IMG/VR virus record: IMGVR_UViG_3300032322_001011
Span: 20,696-84,695 of that record
Source of the DNA: a virus
Reading direction: 5' to 3' (one strand)
Length of the DNA stretch: 64,000 nt
Part shown: positions 15,977 to 25,607 of the stretch, one piece after another
Position numbering within the stretch: the first letter of the stretch is position 1
How the letters are laid out: every line of letters begins with the position of its first letter
Notes under the pieces: generated by a model
The model's database searches: none
Told to the model about the DNA's origin: nothing
What the model saw: only the letters and a program-made list of their open reading frames with translations
Position numbers and translations under genes: made by a program

Positions 15977-18024
15977 TTTCCTTTTGCCTCCGACCAGTTA
16001 GTTGCTGCATGACACGACACTTTAAGTGTGACCCCCATAATACTCCTATCGTGACCCATCGCAGTAACTAGGGTGGACATTGCAGAGATTTCGTCTTCTT
16101 CTGGGGCAATTGCTACAAGTTCGTCATGCACTTGTACAAGCATCCTTGCCTGTGTCCCTGTAAAAGCCTTGTCCACATCAATCATGGCTTGCTTACAGAT
16201 ATCTGCGGCGCTTCCCTGAATAATGGCGTTAATGGCTTGGCGTTGTGCTCGTGACTGTGTAAACGAATCTTTTGATAACAACTCTGGAAGCCTACGCCTG
16301 CGACCACTAATCGTGGACACATACCCAGAACGAACAGCCTTGGTAATAGCAATCTGCTTCCACCTAGTCAACCCAGCAAAACTCTTGTAGTAGTTATCAA
16401 GTATCGACATAGCGTGTTCTTCTTCAATACCTGTTTGTAGGGCAAGTTTCTTATGACCACCACCGTATGCGGTGAGGAAGTTAACACCTTTACCAATCTG
16501 TCGTTCTTCAGACGTTACCTCTTCTAAAGGCTTCTTAAACACGGCAGCCGCAGTAGCGGCGTGAATGTCTTCGTTGTGTTTAAAAATATGAAGCAACCGT
16601 TCATCTTGACTAAACATTGCCATGACTCGGAGTTCAATCTGGTCGTAGTCAGCCACCAACATGGTGTACTTATCTGGTGGTACAAACAAACTACGGATGG
16701 TGGAGTCTCGTGGGATGTTCTGCAAGTTTGGATTAGATGAAGACAACCGACCAGTGGCGGCTCGGTGCATGTTAAACGATGGGTGCAACTTACCGTTGTT
16801 TAACTTAGGTATAAGACCATCAACATATGTTGATTTCATCTTCCCAAGTTCTGACCATTGCAATAAAAGTGGGATCAAGGGATGCTTGCCTTTAAGTTTC
16901 TCAAGAGCATCCGCATCAACTGATGGAACTCCCTTAGCGGTCTTCTTAGTTGGCTTAAGACCTAGGCCACCTGCTCGCTTACCTGTAAACAAGTACGTTT
17001 GTTTGTCCTTATTAGAGTCTGGGTTAAACCCTGCGTAGGAGTTGTCTACAATGTCCAGTAGGCACTCACGCATCTTGGCATCCAGTTCTTTCCTCAATAA
17101 CTTAAGTGAGGCTGAGTTAACTGTAATCCCTTCTTCTTCCATACACATGAGCACCCGAAGAACTTCAGACTCTTGCTGAACGGCTGGCTGTAAATCTTCA
17201 ATAAGGTTTAACTTAGAACGCAACTTAGAGTAAAGCAACCATGTCCAACGAGCATCTAAGTGAACGTACTTAGCCGCAGAACTAAAAGGAACAGTGTTAA
17301 TAACAGCACCAAGTTTTCCTTCCTTGGCGTAAGCATCATGCCCACCAAAGTTCTGGGCAATTAAGTTAGTCAACGAAAACGATTGTGAGTTCTCATTCTC
17401 TAGATGTTGAAGAATCATCGTGTCCATGTATGGACCTGGTGGTAACTCTCCGTAGTACTTCTTAATAGAGCGAGCGTCAAACTTTACGTTGTGACCAACC
17501 TTTACAAGGTCGCTAAAGAATATTGGGCGCAACGCTTCAAAAACTTCATAGCGAGATAACTGCGCTGGTGGGTCTGAATAGACACCTGGAATCACATACT
17601 TGGCTTTAGCCATTGACTCCTTACCGCTTGCTGTTACCTTGCGATATCCAGATGGTGGGATGGTTGTACCGTCACCACGTTCTTCTGGAATAACTATCTC
17701 ACCAAGCAAATGACCCATAGGTATAGCCCATGAGTGACCGTAGGTAGCAATGCCAATCCAAAACACCTCGTTACGTAGAGGGTCTAGCGCTAAATCTTTT
17801 AGGTATCGTTGGCGAATTGCTTCCGTTGATGAGGCAACAATTGAATCCGTAGGGTTCTTGAGCGTTGCAATGTGATCTTTACACTCTTTCAAAAAAAGTG
17901 TATTGATATCATCATGGCGCTCAATAACCCCACGGGACTCAATGTCAAAGGCAAATTCCCCTGCCTTTGTAACTATCTCAACAAGTTTGTGCAACTCTTC
18001 AACGGTGTGAACCGTCTGTTGCAT
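15973..18024 (-). CDS. polA: Family A DNA polymerase with 3'-5' exonuclease
   Basis: FDIE (ExoI), GHNVKFD (ExoII), TGRLSSSNPNLQNIP, ADYDQIELR, KGVNFLTAYG, QVHDEL. Confidence 0.97.
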   Translation of the reverse strand: MQQTVHTVEELHKLVEIVTKAGEFAFDIESRGVIERHDDINTLFLKECKDHIATLKNPTDSIVASSTEAIRQRYLKDLALDPLRNEVFWIGIATYGHSWAIPMGHLLGEIVIPEERGDGTTIPPSGYRKVTASGKESMAKAKYVIPGVYSDPPAQLSRYEVFEALRPIFFSDLVKVGHNVKFDARSIKKYYGELPPGPYMDTMILQHLENENSQSFSLTNLIAQNFGGHDAYAKEGKLGAVINTVPFSSAAKYVHLDARWTWLLYSKLRSKLNLIEDLQPAVQQESEVLRVLMCMEEEGITVNSASLKLLRKELDAKMRECLLDIVDNSYAGFNPDSNKDKQTYLFTGKRAGGLGLKPTKKTAKGVPSVDADALEKLKGKHPLIPLLLQWSELGKMKSTYVDGLIPKLNNGKLHPSFNMHRAATGRLSSSNPNLQNIPRDSTIRSLFVPPDKYTMLVADYDQIELRVMAMFSQDERLLHIFKHNEDIHAATAAAVFKKPLEEVTSEERQIGKGVNFLTAYGGGHKKLALQTGIEEEHAMSILDNYYKSFAGLTRWKQIAITKAVRSGYVSTISGRRRRLPELLSKDSFTQSRAQRQAINAIIQGSAADICKQAMIDVDKAFTGTQARMLVQVHDELVAIAPEEDEISAMSTLVTAMGHDRSIMGVTLKVSCHAATNWSEAKGK

Positions 18025-18029
18025 AAAGA

Positions 18030-18710
18030 TTATTGAGCGTCAAGAATGTCTGTTGCTACTTCCAACAGTTCTGTGCGAGTAGGGATCTTGATGATGCTTG
18101 GATCGTAAGCATTGTTGTTCAACACCTTCATGGTGTCTTCATCAAATGCTTTGAGATTCCATTCTTCAAGGTCACGCTCACGTACCATCTGCAAAATGGT
18201 TTGTGTCTGTGCTCCCTTACCAGTCTTGGATACTGCCCAATAATTCTTGGACAGAGGTCCTTGACGTGGGTCAAGGTGGAAGTTCTTTAGTTGGTCAATC
18301 AGACGAACGCCAACTTCAAACGACTTAACAATTGCTTCTTCTTCATTGCTAAGGACTGCAATGTTGAATGCAAACTTCGTGCTTGGGCGATTGCCTGCAT
18401 CACAAAGTGGGCAACCATTTGGATCGTCATGCAAGCAGACAAAAGACTTCTGGCCTTGACGACCATCAATCCAGTGTGTGCGGAACGATGCGTATGGTTC
18501 GTCTTCCAAGAACTTGATGACTTGTGTGTCTTCAGTTACCTTGAAGCGCTGTGCGTACGGTGAGGATGCTTCCTGAACACGGTCTGCTGCACCCCAACCA
18601 CGCTTGATTGATCGTGCTGCTGGTGCTTCAGTTGCGTCTGTTTGCTTTGCTTTTACTGGCGATGCAATTTCTTGCTCGTCATCTTCATATTCGTCATAAC
18701 GGTTTGACAT
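18030..18710 (-). CDS. ssDNA-binding protein (gp32-like)
   Basis: IKFLEDEP..FRTHW...SFVCL...CPLC...VSKTGKG; adjacent to the polymerase. Confidence 0.75.
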   Translation of the reverse strand: MSNRYDEYEDDEQEIASPVKAKQTDATEAPAARSIKRGWGAADRVQEASSPYAQRFKVTEDTQVIKFLEDEPYASFRTHWIDGRQGQKSFVCLHDDPNGCPLCDAGNRPSTKFAFNIAVLSNEEEAIVKSFEVGVRLIDQLKNFHLDPRQGPLSKNYWAVSKTGKGAQTQTILQMVRERDLEEWNLKAFDEDTMKVLNNNAYDPSIIKIPTRTELLEVATDILDAQ

Positions 18711-18732
18711 GATGTACCTTGCTTTCGTGTGT

Positions 18733-19173
18733 TTAATTTGACCAGTGTGTATGTATGTGTTTTTTGAATGCTACCCAATCTACATTTTGTCCTCGTGCTT
18801 TATTGAGTCCAAAATGATCAACTGCGTATAGCAGTAACTCTACCTGACTTCGGCTGTAAAGCCTACGCCCCTTGGAACTTTTTCCAGGAATTTGATTCCC
18901 CTCTGGAGGAGAAGTCCGAAACTTTGGAACAGGAATAATTCCATCATGTTCCCAGTGTCGTAATGTATCTGGTTTTCTTCCAAGTGCTTTGGCAACCTCC
19001 CCAATTGTGTAGAAGGCCACCTTTTCCCCACGCACCTGGTAGTACGTTGCGTGAAGAAATTCAAAAGGATCTTCTTCCTTACTCTTTTTAGTTTCCGCCC
19101 TGTTTTTAGGCGGCTTCTTTCCAGGGTAGTTAGGAAGATCCTCAAGAAAACTATCTAAGCCTTGAGCGCCCAT
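18733..19173 (-). CDS. MerR-like HTH DNA-binding protein
   Basis: YTIGEVAKALGRKPDTLRHWEHDGIIP...RRLYS. Confidence 0.85.
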   Translation of the reverse strand: MGAQGLDSFLEDLPNYPGKKPPKNRAETKKSKEEDPFEFLHATYYQVRGEKVAFYTIGEVAKALGRKPDTLRHWEHDGIIPVPKFRTSPPEGNQIPGKSSKGRRLYSRSQVELLLYAVDHFGLNKARGQNVDWVAFKKHIHTHWSN

Positions 19174-19574
19174 GTTTCTTTCTCAACATAAAACGTCTTA
19201 ACTTTCTCTTGAATGTTTTCGTCATTCCAAGCAAGACCAAGCAACTTGTCCTCACTAAGAACTTCAATAACTTCTTTTACAGTGTCCCAATGACCGTTCT
19301 CCTTAGCCCATGCTTCAGCAGCACTGGTGTTAAACGATTTGGATACACGGCGCTCACGCTTAAGTTCTACATCTCCCAAGTCAATCCAGATGTTTCCCTT
19401 TTCATCTGGGTTACCGTGAGCAACAAGCATCTCAGTTAGTTCTGCTTTAAGAGCGTCTGCTCTTTTCTGAACTTGGTCAAGCATTGACTTGTGGTTCTTG
19501 TAATCCTCAACCACTCGCCGTGCATGCGCTTCATTAAATTCTGATGCTGGTGTTTCTCTTACAATCTTTGCCAT
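19155..19574 (-). CDS. Hypothetical coiled-coil phage protein (Gam-like architecture)
   Basis: N-terminal coiled coil followed by LKRERRVSKSFN. Confidence 0.6.
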   Translation of the reverse strand: MAKIVRETPASEFNEAHARRVVEDYKNHKSMLDQVQKRADALKAELTEMLVAHGNPDEKGNIWIDLGDVELKRERRVSKSFNTSAAEAWAKENGHWDTVKEVIEVLSEDKLLGLAWNDENIQEKVKTFYVEKETWALKA

Positions 19575-19575
19575 G

Positions 19576-21120
19576 TTATACCTCGCTGTTTGTTAAGAAC
19601 GAAGACAATGCGCCTAAGTTCAGTTGAAAGTTTCCTTTGTGGTCGTGACCACCATCAACAAATGCTTTGTTGATGTTCCTTTTCTCTTGCAACATTTCGT
19701 ATTGCCTCTCTTCAATACTCCCCTTCATTACGAATGAGATTATGTTAACGTGCGGAAACTCAGATGACAACCTGATAATTCTGGCTTCTCGTTGGTCTAG
19801 TTTTCCAGCGCTCCAAGGAAGGTCATAGGAAATCAAATAGTTAGCCACAGGTAAGTCCACACCGTAGCCACCAGCATCCGATGATAAGAACAAACGGGTG
19901 TTTGGATCGTTAGCAAACTGTTGTTTTGCTCTGTCTCTAGACATCATATCCATGCCACCCATAAACAAAACGCTGTTGGTTAGCCCTTTTGTAGCGTTTT
20001 GAATTAGTCGTAAATTGTTTTTAAAGAACGAAAACAATACAACTTTATTCTTTGGATCTTCATTTAAAACGTCTTCAATGTACTGAAGCACCGCATCTAA
20101 CTTGGGGGTGTTAAACCTCTCTGGAATAAGACCCTGTGCTACAACTTGAGAAGCATGCTTACTACCTTGATCGTTGTTGTCGTCTAGGTATTGCTCTGCG
20201 GATATCTTTACCAGTTCTGGATTATCACAGAACATACGTAGGGTAGTCAATCGGGACATGACATCCCCTTGTGCTTCCATGTTCTTATTGTTTCCGTAAT
20301 AGTGCGCCCACAAATCAAACCCTCTGCCATGTTGGGTTATTGCTTTTTGAATAGAATCAAGCAAGTCATTAGACAACTTCCTATACACAGCAGCACCTGC
20401 GGAATCAAATGGTACTGGAATGAAGTGGTTGATTACTTGGGGCAACTGATCCTGAATATCTTCACGAGTTTTGCGGACCATTACGTCTTGCATACTTTCA
20501 TTTAGAGCCTTAAGATTTCGATATCTGCTTGGCTTACCAAAATGATCACGCACAATAAAGGTGCGGTCAAACACTTCAAACTTCCCAAGTACTGCTGGGT
20601 CAACAAACTCCATAATAGAAAACAATTCTTCTGGGCGATTCTCAATAGGCTGACCAGTGAGCGCAAACCTGTAATGGTATTTCTTACCTATGCGTTTGAT
20701 AAGCCTAGAACGCTTGGCTCTTGGGGTCTTAATCATGGTTGCTTCGTCAACCACAATTGCATCAAACTTATGTTTTTCAAAATGAGCCAAGTCGTTAACT
20801 AATGATTCAGGGTTAACAACAACGTACTTTGCGCTGAGTGCGTTACGCCATTCTTTCTTTCTAGCGGCAGCAGAACCATCAATAACAACGACATCAGAAT
20901 CAGTAAACTTTTTAATTTCTCTAGCCCATTGATACTTCAATGCAGATGGGACTACCACAATTACTTTCTTTATCTCACCAGACTCAAACAACTTTTCTAG
21001 TGCAGCAATAGTAGTAACAGTTTTACCAGCACCCATCACTAGGGCTAACAACATTTGACCACGGTCAACCATGAGTTCGGTTGCCTCTTCTTGAAACGGA
21101 TAAAGTTTCCCTTTAAACAT
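19576..21120 (-). CDS. SNF2-family DEAD/H helicase
   Basis: MGAGKT, VVDEA, LTGQPIEN, SDAGGYGVDL, DQREARIIR. Confidence 0.93.
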   Translation of the reverse strand: MFKGKLYPFQEEATELMVDRGQMLLALVMGAGKTVTTIAALEKLFESGEIKKVIVVVPSALKYQWAREIKKFTDSDVVVIDGSAAARKKEWRNALSAKYVVVNPESLVNDLAHFEKHKFDAIVVDEATMIKTPRAKRSRLIKRIGKKYHYRFALTGQPIENRPEELFSIMEFVDPAVLGKFEVFDRTFIVRDHFGKPSRYRNLKALNESMQDVMVRKTREDIQDQLPQVINHFIPVPFDSAGAAVYRKLSNDLLDSIQKAITQHGRGFDLWAHYYGNNKNMEAQGDVMSRLTTLRMFCDNPELVKISAEQYLDDNNDQGSKHASQVVAQGLIPERFNTPKLDAVLQYIEDVLNEDPKNKVVLFSFFKNNLRLIQNATKGLTNSVLFMGGMDMMSRDRAKQQFANDPNTRLFLSSDAGGYGVDLPVANYLISYDLPWSAGKLDQREARIIRLSSEFPHVNIISFVMKGSIEERQYEMLQEKRNINKAFVDGGHDHKGNFQLNLGALSSFLTNSEV

Positions 21121-22024
21121 TTATCCACCAAGGTATTACTGATGCTTGCTTTATTGCCGTTAGCGTTTCGTCTTGAGTCATTTCACCGATGTCTTTTGCG
21201 TTCGTGTGTGCGTAGTGTATATATTTTACACCATACCTAAACGCTGGTAACTGCTTTGTAATACGTTTTGCAGACTCAATCCCTGCCTCATCATTATCCA
21301 TAGCAATAATTAACCCGTCAGCATGTTCGGATAGAAGACGTATCTGGGCCTTACTTACGTGTGCTCCAAAAGTTGCCACGGCACTTACCCCATCCATAAC
21401 AGTGTCAACCCTGACTACATCTAACGGGGACTCAACAACCATTACAATCTTTTGAGAAACTTTGTCTAGGCCAAATAACGTATCTGACTTCTTAATCCCG
21501 ATTGGATAGTTGCGAACCTGTGACGGTTCTTTCTCTTGCCACCCAAGCAATTCACCAAAAGAAGAAACTATGGGAAGAATCCATGCTTGTTTCTTCTCAT
21601 CAAACCTAACTCCGTACTTCCTTGCAGATGCTCTATCAAGACCACGAGTCCACAACCAGTTGTCAGAGGGCGCTGGAAAAGAACTAAACACTTTCCAATC
21701 TACTTCTGGCTTTAACTCAGCAACAGGTTCTGCTGTCAATCTTTCAAGACCAGAATTAATCAAGAAAGTATGTACAGCAATAATACTGTCTGGCTCACCA
21801 GTAAGTTCTGAAACAAGGGTTGACAATGTTCCTTTAGCACCACAGGAATAACAAATCCACAAGCCAGTGTTTGCATTCATTGACCACGATGGTGACCTAT
21901 CTTCTTTACCAGTTCGTGATGCGTGTACAGGGCAACACCCAGATATTTCCTTCTCACCTACACGCTTTACGGTTACTCCTAACTGAGTTAGGACACCAGC
22001 AATATCAGTAGTACCAGTTGTCAT
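21113..22024 (-). CDS. DNA primase (CHC2 zinc finger + Toprim)
   Basis: CPVH...CYSC; VESPLD and MDNDEAG; start probably MTTGT at 22024. Confidence 0.9.
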   Translation of the reverse strand: MTTGTTDIAGVLTQLGVTVKRVGEKEISGCCPVHASRTGKEDRSPSWSMNANTGLWICYSCGAKGTLSTLVSELTGEPDSIIAVHTFLINSGLERLTAEPVAELKPEVDWKVFSSFPAPSDNWLWTRGLDRASARKYGVRFDEKKQAWILPIVSSFGELLGWQEKEPSQVRNYPIGIKKSDTLFGLDKVSQKIVMVVESPLDVVRVDTVMDGVSAVATFGAHVSKAQIRLLSEHADGLIIAMDNDEAGIESAKRITKQLPAFRYGVKYIHYAHTNAKDIGEMTQDETLTAIKQASVIPWWINV

Positions 22025-23270
22025 TGTCCGAGTCATTATCATCCCCATCTTCTCCTACCTCTGTAAAGTCCATGTTGTTCCAGTCCCAGTTAATTCTGAT
22101 CTCTCCTTGTGGGGCTGAACGTGCAATGACTACACGAATGATTCCTTGGTTCTCAATATCTGGATCAGACTCAACTGCAATAACAAGGTCTGAGTCTTGA
22201 GCAAATGACGAGGTGTAACCAATTGAGTCAACCGTTACCTTGCGTGACTTCTTGTTACCCAACTTCCATGAAAGAACCTGGGTAGTACCAACAATTGGAA
22301 TGTCAGCAGTCTGTGCAAGACGCTTTAAAGACCGAGTGATGTTTGTGAGCGCCTGTGGCGAACCCTTTGGTTCTCCTTGCTCGTCATCCATTAGATACAC
22401 ACCGTCAACAAAAAGAATGTCTGGCTTGTACTCTTGCACCTTTGCCGCAAGTGAACTAACGGTGGTGAGTGATGATGTGTCCTCAGTGATAACAAACGGA
22501 TGCATGTTCTTACGCATACGCAAAGTATTACGAACACGCTCAAACTCTTCGTCAGAAAGACTTGCTCGCAAGATGTTGCTGTATGGAACTTTGGCAACAA
22601 TCGCATCGTAACGTGCCGCTTGTTCTTCTGCTGACATTTCAAACGAAACAAAGAGTGGGCGTTTACCGTGGATGTGGGCTGCGTTAGCCATCATCAACGT
22701 CATCAACGACTTACCTTTCTTTGCTTCACCAACAAATGTAATCAACTGTTGTGGGCGAAGACCCGAAGTGATTCTGTCAAGACCTTGAATACCTGTAGGA
22801 ATACCACGAATAGCATTAGGCATCTTACGTAGTTCGTCATATTTTGAAACACGTTCTTCCCACTGCTCAATAAGGTTTACATCTCGTAGGCGAGCAACAT
22901 CTGCTCCAGCCTTCTGTACACCTGCGGCAAGCAACTTAAACGCTTCACTTGTGTCCCCAGCATTGAGTGCAGGCATCGCTGCTGACATGGCCTCAACAAG
23001 ATTGCGCTGGCGGTAACTTGCATAAAGTTCATCTACCAATGCGGTAAACGGTTCTGGTTTAGCATCAATTACTTTGATGTCTCCAAACTCCATACCAAGC
23101 GCACGTTCAGTTGGAACTGACCCATGATTACGCCAGTATGAAGTAATCCATGTCCAGACATTCCCCCACTCTTTAGTGAAGTGCTCAGTCTTTACGCCAT
23201 GCTTTAACGGAAAGGAAATGTCTTGGTCTTGAATGACCTTACTGATTAGTAATTGTTCTGCACTAGCCAT
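22005..23270 (-). CDS. dnaB: DnaB-like replicative helicase
   Basis: GIPTGIQGLDRITSGL, GEAKKGKS, SFEMS, FVDGVYLM, FAQDSD. Confidence 0.93.
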   Translation of the reverse strand: MASAEQLLISKVIQDQDISFPLKHGVKTEHFTKEWGNVWTWITSYWRNHGSVPTERALGMEFGDIKVIDAKPEPFTALVDELYASYRQRNLVEAMSAAMPALNAGDTSEAFKLLAAGVQKAGADVARLRDVNLIEQWEERVSKYDELRKMPNAIRGIPTGIQGLDRITSGLRPQQLITFVGEAKKGKSLMTLMMANAAHIHGKRPLFVSFEMSAEEQAARYDAIVAKVPYSNILRASLSDEEFERVRNTLRMRKNMHPFVITEDTSSLTTVSSLAAKVQEYKPDILFVDGVYLMDDEQGEPKGSPQALTNITRSLKRLAQTADIPIVGTTQVLSWKLGNKKSRKVTVDSIGYTSSFAQDSDLVIAVESDPDIENQGIIRVVIARSAPQGEIRINWDWNNMDFTEVGEDGDDNDSDNDNWYY

Positions 23271-23710
23271 TAGGAAGACCACGCAGTCTTTGGTGAGACT
23301 ACGGTTGCCCTAAGCCCAATAAGTTTGTAGTGCTCCTGATCTGCAACATATATCTGCGTGATACCACGATTGATGCTGAGGTCATAAGCAAGTTCTTTGA
23401 TGTCTTGAAATGAAACCACGTTAGTTGAAATCCCCTTCTTAATTAACCACCTGTCAATCGCATCAGCGACTGGCGGAGGAAGCAGTGTATAAACCTCTGT
23501 ACCGATACCCAACCTGTTTATTGAATCACTAAGAGATTTGATTGGGAGAGTATTTGGTTCCCACATTCTTAGGTACTGATCCCATTTTTCATTTCTCAAA
23601 AAGTATGCGGCTTTTATCTTTGCGATACCTTCAGGCTCTGAAGCAAGCACACCTTCAAACATTGTTGCTTGCGACTTTTGTGAAAACGATGACAGGTCAT
23701 TTCGTTCCAT
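23270..23710 (-). CDS. Hypothetical, degenerate HAD-like
   Basis: MFEGVLA...EVYTLL...IYVADQEH; start probably MERNDL. Confidence 0.5.
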   Translation of the reverse strand: MERNDLSSFSQKSQATMFEGVLASEPEGIAKIKAAYFLRNEKWDQYLRMWEPNTLPIKSLSDSINRLGIGTEVYTLLPPPVADAIDRWLIKKGISTNVVSFQDIKELAYDLSINRGITQIYVADQEHYKLIGLRATVVSPKTAWSS

Positions 23711-24353
23711 ACTGAGTAATTCGGTAATCCTTTCCTTCAAATGGAATCTGCAATGTTGAGTCCTGGAGTATTGAAGATAGCCGTGGACCATAAATTTTAG
23801 ACAACGAAGCAATGCTGTACTCCGATGTAACGATTGTGATCAGTTTCTGCTCGTACCTACTGTTAAACAATGATACAAGAGCACCCTTTGTAAATTCAGT
23901 CTTCTTCTCGCTACCAAGCCCGTCAATAACTACAACGTCATAGACAGCGTTTAAGTACTTTAGCAAGTACTCATCACCGTATTCCATCGGGAGTTCACCA
24001 TCATTGCGAATCTCATCGTAAGATGCCTCAACAAACTTCTCAGCAGTAATAAAGAAACCACCAAGTTTGTGCTTCTCCAATAACTCAGATAGCAAACCTG
24101 CGGCAAGATGAGTCTTACCAGTACCAGTGGAACCGCACAGATACAAACCTTCACCGTTCAAACGGTTCTCTTCAAAGTTTCCCATCCATCCACGAATGGC
24201 TTTAACAACTCCCCAACTACCTACTTCTTCATCGTAGTTGTCTAAAGTTTTTTCAATGTATCGGCGTGGTATGTGTGCGTTATCCACACGTTCTTTTGGT
24301 TGTCGGTTGCGCCAGTACCGAGAACCGTGCCACTCAGTATTCATCGTCATCAA
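23697..24353 (-). CDS. DnaC/IstB-like AAA+ helicase loader
   Basis: IPRRY..TLDNY, GSTGTGKTHLA, VVIDGLGSE, TIVTSE, GPRLSS, GKDYR. Confidence 0.9.
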   Translation of the reverse strand: MMTMNTEWHGSRYWRNRQPKERVDNAHIPRRYIEKTLDNYDEEVGSWGVVKAIRGWMGNFEENRLNGEGLYLCGSTGTGKTHLAAGLLSELLEKHKLGGFFITAEKFVEASYDEIRNDGELPMEYGDEYLLKYLNAVYDVVVIDGLGSEKKTEFTKGALVSLFNSRYEQKLITIVTSEYSIASLSKIYGPRLSSILQDSTLQIPFEGKDYRITQYGTK

Positions 24354-24576
24354 TCAAAGTCCTTTCAACGCTCTTCTTATTTTCTTTGTAATACTTTTTT
24401 ACGTAGTCTTTCATTGCTTGCAAATCAACTTGTGTTTGAACAAGCCAAGTCTCTGCTGATTCCCAATCACGCCACTGAAGAGCGATGTCGTACTCATGTC
24501 GTGATTCAAGATAATCAACCATGATGTTGATTGCTTTCTTTTCACCCCTCAAGGTACTTCTCCAATCGTGGATCAA
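24334..24576 (-). CDS. Hypothetical protein
   Basis: 80 aa ORF filling the gap in the replication operon. Confidence 0.5.
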   Translation of the reverse strand: MIHDWRSTLRGEKKAINIMVDYLESRHEYDIALQWRDWESAETWLVQTQVDLQAMKDYVKKYYKENKKSVERTLIDDDEY

Positions 24577-24949
24577 ACTTCATCTCTTCAGAAGTGGACT
24601 GCACTGTACTACCTTGAACACGCTTAAACAACTCACCTCGTCTGGCAGCAAACGCTCTCCAAGGTGTCTCTTGTTCTTTTAACGGTGTGCGCTTAATGTC
24701 ATCAGCAAACAAATCAATCATCTGATATATCTGATCATGTGTAACTGAATCTGCAATCATGGTGCTAAAGATTTTCATCATGGCTGGTCCGTTAACTGGA
24801 GCGTTTAAAGACATGGACATACCAGTCGTGCGGTCTTGAAGGTACATAACTAACTTTTTGAGGCTTGGACCTTTTTGTGGTTCAACCTTCGGCTTGTCTT
24901 CGTCAGCGCCGATTACCTTGACATCCCAGTCATCGTGTTTCTTTTTCAT
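24542..24949 (-). CDS. Hypothetical protein following the initiator
   Basis: Probable start MKKKHDD overlapping the initiator stop. Confidence 0.6.
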   Translation of the reverse strand: MKKKHDDWDVKVIGADEDKPKVEPQKGPSLKKLVMYLQDRTTGMSMSLNAPVNGPAMMKIFSTMIADSVTHDQIYQMIDLFADDIKRTPLKEQETPWRAFAARRGELFKRVQGSTVQSTSEEMKFDPRLEKYLEG

Positions 24950-25461
24950 TCCGACTCCAAGTTTTTTATCTGGCGCATCCACCTAGGGTCTTGAAGCATA
25001 AACGTAGGAATTTTTCCATCCTTTTTTCTGGCCCCCTCTAGAGAATGATTAGTCTCTATAGATTGGGTGTCACGGGAGTCACCCTCCGAGGGTGTCCCTG
25101 GAGTCACTAGGGGGGTGACACTGGAGACACTATGGGGGGTGTCCCTGGAGACACCCTCCCTTGATTTAGGGTTGTTGAAATCCACGGTGTACAAGTTGGT
25201 TTTATTGTTGCCGCCTTTAGCCCTGCGAATGGTCTTTCGTAGTACCCCAGAAGACTCAATGCGCTTCATGGCACGGAGTATTGTTCTCCTGTTTAATCCA
25301 GTCTTTTCAGCCAGATGGTCGTAAGACGTTGTGAACTGTTGAGTCTCATTGTCCATGTATTTCATTGCGTTTATCAATACGCATAAAGCAATTGGATCAT
25401 TTCCAATGTATTCCATGACCCAACTTGGGATCGGGATAAATGTTCCACTAAACTTTGCCAT
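24946..25461 (-). CDS. Replication initiator (HTH_36, lambda O-like)
   Basis: TSYDHLAEKTGLNRRTILRAMKRIESSGVL wHTH, TNLYTV; internal iterons; GAGGAG RBS; upstream of DnaC/DnaB. Confidence 0.8.
   Translation of the reverse strand: MAKFSGTFIPIPSWVMEYIGNDPIALCVLINAMKYMDNETQQFTTSYDHLAEKTGLNRRTILRAMKRIESSGVLRKTIRRAKGGNNKTNLYTVDFNNPKSREGVSRDTPHSVSSVTPLVTPGTPSEGDSRDTQSIETNHSLEGARKKDGKIPTFMLQDPRWMRQIKNLESE
25065..25154. repeat. Four 18-bp quasi-palindromic iterons (GGGTGWCMCKGGAGWCAC), probable replication origin
   Basis: Copies at 25065, 25090, 25113 and 25137 inside the initiator gene. Confidence 0.8.
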
Positions 25462-25500
25462 ACTTGTCTCCTCTTGTTTGTTGTGTTACGCTTTGTTTAC

Positions 25501-25605
25501 GGAAGGAAACCTTCATCCTTCCTGCCATTCCGCTCCCCTTTCTGGCGGAATTGGCTTTATGGGATTGAGGGCGGTGGGTTTTTCTCTTCTTTGCCCACCG
25601 CTCTC
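25501..25605. promoter_or_regulatory. Three tandem stem-loops upstream of the initiator gene
   Basis: Stems 25501-07/25516-22, 25524-33/25545-55 and 25567-78/25594-605. Confidence 0.6.
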
Positions 25606-25607
25606 TC

